A program made the translations under genes and the position numbers. Below, in pieces: positions 46,821-64,000 of a stretch of 64,000 nt of DNA. The first letter of the stretch is position 1. Each line of letters opens with the position of its first letter. A model generated the notes under the pieces. That model had not been told where the DNA came from and did not search any database. It was given only the letters and a program-made list of their open reading frames with translations. This stretch comes from the human T2T-CHM13v2.0 reference genome, Homo sapiens. The stretch lies in the NCBI RefSeq assembly GCF_009914755.1, contig NC_060933.1; one strand, 5' to 3'.

Positions 46821-47279
46821 ATCTTATTGTAAATCAATGCATTATCATTAATTTTATAATACATGTATTTCAATATTTTTTCTATCAATTAAAAAAGGCT
46901 ACGTCTCAGTTCTCCTATTTATAAAATAAGGAATTTAGCATATTTTTTCACCAAAACTTTCTCCCTTTCAAACAGATTAATCTAATTAAAGCTGAGATCT
47001 TGAGGATCTTAGAGATCGCTAAGATCTTAGCTTTAATTAGATTAGCCTATGTTTCAAATGAGGTTATAATTGATTTCTTTCAAAATTATCTGGCTTTTGT
47101 TTTAAGAAAGCAGGAAACACATATATTAGTTCTCCCCTCTAAATCCTATAGAATGACAGTAGCCATCTATAAAATACATAAAGTGAGGAGAAGGGGAAGG
47201 AATATTCATCTACATTTCAGAGATATTAATAGAATCCTAGGAGATAAAAAGAAAATTTAAAAACTAGTATATAAAACAG

Positions 47280-50265
<2,986 letters not shown>

Positions 50266-51171
50266 TTTTACTTACACTTTGAGCATGGGAAATAGGAAGG
50301 ATGTTATGGCTTGAGATATCCCTGTAGCAGGCAACTTTATTGCTGTACTAAGCACTTTTATTATTATTGTTGTGACAACCCAAAGGTACCTGGGACACTG
50401 CCTACCCCCTGACCTTTCAATAATGTGTATAAGTTTCCTTGTTAGAAGTCCTCTGTGGCAGTGACTCTGTTTTACTTAGTACAGCAGCCGAGTCAAGTGA
50501 AGGCTGGGAGTTTAACAGTATAATCACTCAGTAAAGTCATTTGTTGTCCTTTACATTTGATTTACGGAGCTGAGATTTGTGTCCTGCCAATAAGCCTATG
50601 GCCCACCCTGCATTTTGAGATCTACTATATTTGCAAGTTCTGGTATGGATTTGATCTACTTTCCCAGGTTGGCTTTTCATTCCCTTGCTTTGATTTGCAG
50701 GCAGAACAGTAATTCCCTGATTTAGTTTTAATCGTAAGAATTCCTTCAAGTCTGTGGTCTGTTCATGGCAAGCATCCCTGTTCTCAATGGATATCGCAGA
50801 TCCCCCTTCCTTTCCTCCATGATATTATATATCTTTGATCATTTTAAATGAAATTTATGAGAGGGCAGTTAAATATTTGGGCTTATACTGTCATTAAAAA
50901 TAACTCAATAATATTTACTAAATTTACTAAGACTAAATGGGATGAAACCATCTAAGTTCTAAGTTATGACTCTCCTAGTCATTGACTCCACGAATCCATA
51001 CTCTGAGCTCTTTATGGTGAGCCTCTCCATAGTTAACTAATGTCAGTATAGAAGTTGATAATGTTTTTATTGTTTATAAGAAAACAACTCTTCAAAAATT
51101 TGTATAGTCATAGGTGTTTTAGTTTTATTTGTATAATTATCTTGAAATGGTTAAATTTCAGAGACGTTTTA

Positions 51172-51607
<436 letters not shown>

Positions 51608-51683
51608 TTAATAAACAAGAACCTATGTAACAAACATTCTTAAGTGGTTTTTACAAGTAATACATTTTACAATTAATTCTCAC

Positions 51684-51837
51684 CTCTTTCAAAAAGCTTT
51701 TCCTTTTCATCTACATAGTTTATTATTTCTGGCACTGGGTTTAATAACTCCTTCAGTTCTGAGAGTGATGGAATATCAATTTCTGGTTTGAGGCTTGGAG
51801 GTATTAAGAATTCATACTCAATAAGAAAACTTGACGG
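51684..51837 (-). CDS. SHOC1: SHOC1 coding exon (154 nt; [10 protein letters not shown]...EKLFER)
   Basis: Acceptor ttttcag|CCG, donor G|gtgaga; phases 0->1. Confidence 0.93.
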
Positions 51838-52465
51838 CTGAAAAAACATAGTTTAAAAAAGTTTTTAGAGAGGCTTTCCAAATAAATATTTTCGAAATCA
51901 TAAGTGGACAAAATTTGCTTAAATGATGTGCCAAATTTTAAACTAAATCCACATTCAAAATTGTTAAAGCTATATATACTTTAAAAAAACAGAAATGTAG
52001 CAGCTAAAAATACGTTCTATTATAAGCAATGTTCTCTCTGAGTATTGTATTTTATGGTCACTCATTACATTAGTGGTGTACAATATCCCTAGATGCAGAA
52101 ATAGCTTCTTTTTGGCTAATAGCAAATTGTAAACATTTTAAATTAAAAACAGTCACTGCAGTAGATGAGAGATAATAAATGGTGAGAAGTGAAATGAGAT
52201 CATGGAATGGAATAGATCTTTACTGTGATCCATGGAGTATGTTTCTCTTTCATTCCAACAGAACTTGACTCCTCAACAAGAGAGACTAAGTCCACAACTC
52301 TCAGGGTTAACCTGGGAAGCAAGAGGTACTGGAGGAATGGGGCCTATTGGTGAATTAACCTTTTTACCATCATGTTAAAATTTTTATTGTAAGGAAACCC
52401 CTTAAGTGCTTTAAGTCCATTAAAATCTCCAAATATAAAACATTTTAAGTTGTCCTAAAAAAATG

Positions 52466-52760
52466 TTTTTTGTGTTTTGTTTTTGAGATGGAGTCTCGCT
52501 CTGTCACCCAGGCTGGAGTGCAGTGGTGCGATCTCACTGCAAGCTCCGCCTCCTGGGTTCACGCCATTCTCCTGCCTCAGCCTCCCGAGTAGCTGGGACT
52601 ACAGGCGCCCACCACTATGCCTGGCTAATTTTTTGTATTTTTAGTAGAGACAGAGTTTCACCATGTTAGCCAGGATGGTCTCGATCTCCTGACCTCGTGA
52701 TCTGCCCACCTCGGCCTCCCAAAGTGCTGGGATCACAGGCGTGAGCCACCGCGCCCGGCC
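52466..52760 (-). mobile_element. AluY-like element
   Basis: caagctccgcctcc...ttcacgccattctcc...ttagccaggatggtctcgatc diagnostics; TSD aaaaaatgtttttt. Confidence 0.93.
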
Positions 52761-53442
52761 AAAAAATGTTTTTTTAAAGTAGCTTTGTGAACGCATCTAA
52801 TCAATATGGGCCTAGATTTCTGAGCTTGTCCAGCTGCAAAAAGTTATTGCAATCGCAATAGCTAGAATTCTTTACATACTGATATTATGACCATTTTGTG
52901 TGCTATTGAAACTAAATGCATCTTTGAGAAGTTTGGCCTTTAATATGCAAAAGATGCTATCATCCTTGTTAAACACTGGCAGAAAACTAAAATTCAGTCT
53001 TGGACCCTCTATATTCTTACTCTTGCAATATTCTCATTAGCTCAAGTACTATTTTTTGTGTATAACTCACAAATCAATATTTCTAGTTCAGGTGTCAATT
53101 TTTAAACTAGACATGACTACTTAATTTCCTATACCAGGTATATTGATTACAATTATTGGAAGAGATTTTAAAGTTCCCTATGACTGGCCTGCACACCAGA
53201 CCAATTTATCAGAATATATCTCAGGCTTCAACATTTTTTTTTAACTATTCAGGTAATTCCAACATACAGCCAAGGCTGAGAACCACTATTTAGAAGTAAA
53301 TTTGACTTCTTAATTGATACATGTTCATTCCATTATAAAATCTTTTTAATTTGACAATTGTAGACAATGTATATTACACAAATTTTACAAAAATGTGCCT
53401 CACTACTTTTACTAAAATATTATTGAAAGCCAGTATTACAAC

Positions 53443-53554
53443 CTCATTTAAACATATTGTATCTTCTAGTTTCTCTTGACAAAAGTTCACTTTATCCATA
53501 CAAAAATCTTCTTTCACAAAAGCTTCCAAAGTTTCTTGAAGAGAGAAACATTCC
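53443..53554 (-). CDS. SHOC1: SHOC1 coding exon (112 nt; ECFSLQET...TICLNE)
   Basis: Acceptor ttttaag|G, donor GAG|gttgta; phases 2->0; overlaps ORF 53374..53571. Confidence 0.92.
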
Positions 53555-53641
53555 CTTAAAAAAAAATACATTAATTAGTGTTTACTAAAAGCAAGTTACA
53601 TACTAAATGTAGCCAACCAAAACACATAATCATTAAAATTA

Positions 53642-53965
<324 letters not shown>

Positions 53966-54053
53966 CATTGTTGATAACATCTAAGCTTGTGATCATACTA
54001 AAACATTTTCACCTCTTAAAAATATTTACAGCATTGGTCAATTAAGTAAGTAC

Positions 54054-54207
54054 CTGGAAAAATTAGCTTCTGTGAAGATCTGTCCTTTGAAATCTAAAAG
54101 AGGATCCTTTACCAAAAACAGTTTTAGTCTACTCAAGAGAGTAGGCAAAGTTGGTAGGTGTTTTCTACTACTTACAAAAAGTATTCCTTTATCATCAATA
54201 AATAAAT
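54054..54207 (-). CDS. SHOC1: SHOC1 coding exon (154 nt; [10 protein letters not shown]...EANFSR)
   Basis: Acceptor ttttcag|AT, donor AG|gtactt; phases 1->2. Confidence 0.93.
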
Positions 54208-54514
54208 CTGAAAAGAAATAAGAAATATAAAGGAATAAGAAAAAAACAAAAAGTTATCCAAAGAGATCTAGATAGTTAATGTAATCAGTCATTAGATACA
54301 GCTGGGTTTTTCAATCACATTTTAAACTCTGTAGCTCTTCATTGTACTGTGCATATAGAGCATGTAGCATAGTTCTGGAACAAAGGCAAAAGTACAATAA
54401 ATTTTAGTATTATCTAGGACACCGAGGAATAGCCAAATATCCCAAAAGAGCTGTAACGGCTAATACTTTATCAATAAAGATTAATCAATGGAGGAAAATA
54501 TCTTATGGACTTAC

Positions 54515-54647
54515 ACTTCAAAATAGCCAGGCGTAGCCTAAGCAAAATTTTAAAGAAATAGAAGTATTTGACTTCTGCTGACCTTGGTCTTCTCTGCATC
54601 ATTTTACCTCTTAATATCTCCAATTCATCCCCCAGAGTCTCTGACAT
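54515..54647 (-). CDS. SHOC1: SHOC1 alternative first coding exon (MSETLGDELEILRGKMMQRRPRSAEVKYFYFFKILLRLRLAILK)
   Basis: ATG at 54647-54645, 44 open codons plus 1 nt, then consensus donor T|GTAAGT; phase 1 matches the next acceptor at 54207. Confidence 0.75.
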
Positions 54648-54699
54648 GTAGGGAATGGAGATGGTCTACAGTGCCTACAAATGAGACTGATTCTATTAT

Positions 54700-55200
54700 T
54701 CTTAAGTTATTCACATGGTTGCTATAAAATTATTTACAGTGAAAGTTTTAAGCAAAGAATCTACTTGAGGAGTATGATATAGCTTATGTATTAAGAAACA
54801 CTACTGCTAACAGTTAATTTCTGGAATAAATTTCTCCTCTCGGTCTCCACCCTGCCTTGTCTGGGTTTCTTTAGAATCTTGGCTAGCTGTCTAACAGCTT
54901 TAACAGTTTCTAAGTCACAGGAAGGAACATAAACTTGCCCCCAATTCTTCAATAAGTTTTTGAGTAGAAAGAGAAAAAGAAAAATATAAGCTCAGATGAA
55001 GAACTACTCAAAAAGCCAAGTTCCCAAAAAAGAAAGCCATCCTGAAGGGAGAGCAATGGTTTCTCATCCTGGGTATTGACTTTTCGGTTAAGTGACGCTG
55101 AATGGCATAAGAAAAGAATAGTACGGAGTTTTCAGGTAGTAATGTCTCCCACGGTTAACTACATAATTGGTATGCAGGCAGCAAGGGAACATCCCTTTGC
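54700..55200 (-). promoter_or_regulatory. Candidate internal promoter with clustered MYB-type (YAACNG) motifs
   Basis: Unique sequence directly upstream of the ATG exon; TAACAGTTA 54808-54816, TAACAG 54892-54897, TAACAGTT 54901-54908, CGGTTA 55085-55090, ACGGTTAAC 55151-55159, half-CRE TGACG 55093-55097. Confidence 0.4.
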
Positions 55201-56475
55201 TTGGTGCTAACTTGATATGCCTTAAGAGAACTTGTGGTATGAACTAGCTTCCTAAAAGAGATTTATCTGAACTTAAGTTCCTGACAATCTCATGGCCAAA
55301 AGCTTCCCATGACACACCAAAGGAAGTTAGTCAATCAATTCCATGTCTAAGGAGGGCTTATCTGAGACAGTTAAATATGGTTTACTGGTATAATCCATTC
55401 TGTAAGTATTAATGAAATCACATTAATAGTAAAAACCCAAACAGCATTAATTTATATCCTATATCCACCTTCTGCTTCTAAACAGATCCTCCAGCCATCT
55501 TCCCTATCTACAGCCTCATTCTGGATATTTCTGGAACTAAATGGCTGACATCTGAAGTCAGTTATATGGTCTTGTTTTCCATCCACCCTTTTTTGATGAA
55601 ACCACTTGAGGGCAGCATCACACCACAACTAATATTCTTTGTAATTCTACCAAGGTTGTTTATAGCAAGAGTGCCACTTCCTTACTTTCTTTGAGTTATA
55701 CAGCATGCCCTGGAGTTCTTATTTTACTACAGCTAATACATGTACTATACAGATATAAGGAGACTGTTTTCTTCTATTGTAGAGGAATATTAAATTGTCA
55801 CCAGGAAACAAAATTTTGGCTAGTTAACTATGAAAAGAAGCAGAAAAAGGTCTACTAATATGAAAGAAGAGAGGTTTATTCTTTACAAAGGACACTTTTG
55901 TCTCCCTAGAAAATTCAAGATAATGAAATGAAAACAAAAGAGTTCACTAAGTTATCTGATAAAAATTATACAATTAATGTTTTTTTTTAATATATAAAAA
56001 CTTGGTCATAAAAATTAATGGAAAAAACATAAAAATACCAATTTGTGAACTATCAAGGACTAAACATAAAAATATTCAGAAAGTATATGCAGGAAATGAT
56101 AGAACTTTATTGAAGATCATTTTTTTAAAAATTTGAAAAAAAGGCAAGATAAAAAACACTTTCCTAGCTAGAAAGACTAACTATGGTAAAATTTTAAAGG
56201 ATCCCATTACCATTTCAAGAGGTCTGTTTTAGAACTTGGAAAAGTGATTACAAAGTAAATCTGGAAGAATATAGTTATGAGAGTAGAAAAAAGTAATAAA
56301 ATAGGAGATTATTTATATATTATAATTATACATTTAATAGTTAAAATTATATGATACTGACACAATAATAGGCAAAATAGATCATAATAGAAAATCCAGA
56401 AATGAATTCTAATGTGGTTAAGGATTTAATATATAATGTGAGTGGCATTTCTAATCAGTGGGAAAGAAAGGACTA

Positions 56476-56889
<414 letters not shown>

Positions 56890-57507
56890 TCATGCACCTT
56901 CAAGAAAATACAAACAAGTATTTATCTAATTAAGAAAGAATTTTCTAAGTATAAAAGGAATGAAAGAAACCATAAAAGAAAACAATTGGCAGAATTGGTT
57001 AGGTTCAAGTTAAATATATTTGGAGTTAATACCTTTACATATAAAGATAAAATATATGTCAAAATATAAACAAAAGAGAAAATCATTTCACAAAACAAAA
57101 AGATGCAGATGGCCAATAAAGACCAGTAATTCTATTAATTTACTTTTTTATGCCCAGCTTGTCAATAACAGAGATCACCAGTAATTTTAAAGATGTAAGT
57201 AAAAATATAATTTTTTTGCCCATCACATTGGTTTAAATGTATTACCACAACATCAGCAGTAATATATTCAATGATGATAATACTGGCATAAACAGGGCAT
57301 TCTCATACCATACTAGTGGACATATAGCTAAAAAAGCACTTATACTAAATAGATCAATTTCTAGGAATTCATGCCAAGGAAATAATTGGAAATAAGAATA
57401 CATATTTATATACATATTTGAAATTAAAAACATTAGTGGTCTCAAATTTGGAAATGTGTGATATGTACATAAGATTAAAAACTGCAGTCATTAAAAGCCA
57501 TGCTTTT

Positions 57508-57810
57508 GTCTAGCACGGTGGCTCACACCTGTAATCCCAGCACTTTGGAAGGCTGAGGTGGGAGGATTGCTTGAGCCTAGAAGTTTGAGACCAGCCTGGA
57601 CAACATAGGGACATCTTGTCTCTACAAAAAAATTAAAAATTAGTCAGGCATGGTGGCACAGCTATGGTCTCAGCTACTTAGGAGGCTAAGACAGGAGGAT
57701 CACTTGAGCCCGGGGGTTTCAAGGCTGCAGTGAGCTGTGATTGCACCACTATACTCCAGCCTGAGAAACAGAGTCTCAATTTAAAAAAAAAGAAAGAAAG
57801 AAAAAGAAAA
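57508..57810 (+). mobile_element. AluJ-like element
   Basis: Dimer; TSD aaaag(c/a)ca(t/c)gcttttgt. Confidence 0.92.
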
Positions 57811-59319
57811 AGACACGCTTTTGTGGAAAAATCAAGCATAAAATAAAATATTCCCAAGATCATGTTAATATTTAAAAATAATATCATGTATATATAGTAT
57901 GATCACAATAGTAAAACAATTTATCTTTGAATTATAGAATTATGAGTTTTTAGTAAAGGGACATTCTATATATTTAAGATGTAGATATCTTAACCTATGT
58001 AGAAAAACATAAAATTCAATCCTCATTCATGATTAAAAGCTGTTATCAAACTAGGAACAGAAGGAATCTTCCTCAACCCACTAAAGGAAATGCTTCTAAT
58101 ATTTCACCATTGAAAATGACATACACATGAAATGTTAGAAGCATTTTCTTTACCATCAGAAATAAGATAGCAACCATCATGCTTCTACCGAACAAAGTTC
58201 TAGCGGTTTTAGTCAGTATAGTCAGACAAAAAAAAAAGATTAAATATTGCAAAGGAAGAAACAGCCATCATTCACAGACAATATGATTATATATACTAGA
58301 ATTAGTTATTGGAATTACTATGACAGTTTAAGAGGTAGATAAATATGATAACACTATAAAAATCAACTGCCTTTTGTTATATACAAGCAATAAACAAACT
58401 TATATTAGAAATATAAATAGTAATGGCAGCTAAAATAGAGTACTTATGGATAAATCTTGGATACATAACCTATTTCTGAAGAAAATAAAAAATATATAAA
58501 AAATAAATGATATATAAAATCTTTATGAAGAAAAATTTTAAACTTTTTTGAAATACATTAAAGACCTCAATAAATGAACAATAGGAGATTCAGGAGAGAG
58601 AACAAGAGAAAATTATCATCAAAGAAATAATTCTAGAAAATATCTTAAAATTGAAGTGCATAAAAGTATCTACATGGAAGGATACACCATGTATCCAGCC
58701 TAATATATAACAATAGACCCACAAAGCACACGCCATTGTGAAATTTCATAACACTGGAAGAAAAATATCATTAAAATTTTCAGGATGAAAAGATCTTATA
58801 AAAAATATTTAGGAATCAGAATGGCATTGGACTTCTCAACAGCAATATTGGAAGCTAGAATCGAATGGAACAATGCCTTTGAAATTCTGAGAAAAAAATA
58901 TAATCTGGAATCTATAACTAGTCAAACTATCAATTAAATGTGAGGATAGAATTAAGACTTTTTGGATATGGAAGATTAAAAAAAATTTACTACCTACATT
59001 CCTATTCTCAGGAGGCTGTGAGTGGAAGTACTGTACTAAAAGGAACGAAAAAACTGACTAAACTGGCAGCTACAAGGTTGAAGAAACAGGAGGCCCAATA
59101 CAAGAAAGAAGTGAACAGAATCCTCAGGGATGATGGTGATAACGACTTGTTCTAGAACTAAAATCCCCAAAGATAAAACTATTGGTACACTTGATGCTTC
59201 AGTGTATTAAGAGGAGATTTAGACAAACAGGGGAGAGTTTCAGGATCAAGTTCTATGTACTAAATACATAGAAAACAAAACAAAACAAAAAAACAGAAAA
59301 CAAGCATTAACACGGAGTA

Positions 59320-59817
59320 CAGTAATCTCCTCTTATCTGAGGTTTCAGTTACCCACAGTCAACTGCAGTCCAAAAATACTATATTGAATGGAAAATTCCA
59401 GAAATAGACAATTTATGCCTTAAATTGCACGGTGTTGTGAGTGGCATGATGAAACCTAGTGCCATCCTGTTCAGTCCCACCAAAATGTGAATGATCCTTT
59501 TGTCCACTGTTTCCACACTGATATGCCACCTATTCATTTGTCACTTAGTAGCTGTCTCAGTTATCAGAACGATTGTCCCTGTATTGCAGTTCTTGTGTTC
59601 AAATAACCTTTGTTTTACTTAATTCTCCAATTTTATTGTTAGCTATTTATTGCTGTTAATCTCTTACTGTGCTTAATTTACAAATTAAAATTTATCATTG
59701 GTATGTATGTATAAGACAAAACATTGTATATACTGTATAGGGTTTGGTACTATCAGTGATTTCATGCATCCACTGGTATTTTGCAATGTATCCACTGTGG
59801 ATAAGGGGGGACTATTG
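59320..59817. mobile_element. Second MER44-type element
   Basis: TA|cagtaatctcctcttatc...ggataaggggggactattg|TA; similar to 38637-39188. Confidence 0.85.
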
Positions 59818-60189
59818 TACAATAAAGAAATTATTGAATAACACAATACTATTTTCAGCTACAAATAGTATTTATGCATTCATAATTCTGTAAATACAGA
59901 ATACTGATCTAACCAAAGTTATAACTACATTGGGAGAGTAGACCATAGGAAGTATGGGGGGAACGTGGTAGTGAGGGTATAAAAGATTGAGGACAGCAAC
60001 ATCTTTATTTTCATGGTGAGAGGTCAATATATAAGGTCTAAAACTAAAAACATCAGGAAATAGCAGTATAAGCATGTCATGCAGATAAACAAATGACAAA
60101 AGGAATATAGTTTCTTTTAAAACTGTTTCAAAGAGTTAAAAGTGGTTGCCTCTAGAGAGTGAAAAAATAAGGGGTGGTTGATGAAGTCA

Positions 60190-60516
<327 letters not shown>

Positions 60517-60655
60517 TTATACAACCATTTTAATTGATGGTGTGGAAAATATAAAATGACACAGAAAAGTGTTTATAAAATCTAAGTAAAAAACACTAAA
60601 AAGCATACAAATATTACCTTTGGCTGAAGATAACAAAGAATTATACCAAAGATTA

Positions 60656-63950
<3,295 letters not shown>

Positions 63951-64000
63951 TTTTTTAAATTTTTGTTTCCAACTATTATTTTAGGTTCAAGGGGTAACAT

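Noticed and set aside
50341-50486. 12-bp inverted repeat tgctgtactaag / cttagtacagca
   Set aside because: About one such match is expected by chance in 64 kb; no TSD or other support.

Overview
Primate, almost certainly human, AT-rich and repeat-dense genomic DNA lying entirely inside one minus-strand gene. From the translated exons I recognise it as SHOC1 (C9orf84), the meiotic ZMM pro-crossover factor orthologous to yeast Zip2. Sixteen consecutive coding exons (54207 down to 605) have canonical AG/GT sites and splice into one open frame. The upstream canonical exons and the 3' end, including most of the XPF/ERCC4-like domain, lie outside the window. An additional ATG-initiated exon (54515-54647) splices in frame and sits downstream of a MYB-motif-rich unique region (candidate internal promoter). 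A candidate alternative terminal exon (~14900-15230) would truncate the protein. Introns contain about 30 Alus, many L1 fragments, a full-length decayed Tigger1, two MER44 elements, an ERV1 solo LTR, an MLT1 LTR, and MIR/L2 fragments. The most unusual non-coding structures are a ~215-bp chimeric inverted duplication (27079-27294 / 29507-29724), a 51-bp locally templated Alu copy, a 24-bp-stem hairpin, an L1-mobilised LTR fragment and a compound CT-rich minisatellite. There is no prokaryote-type system (CRISPR, operon). Repeat subfamily names and boundaries are by eye and approximate.
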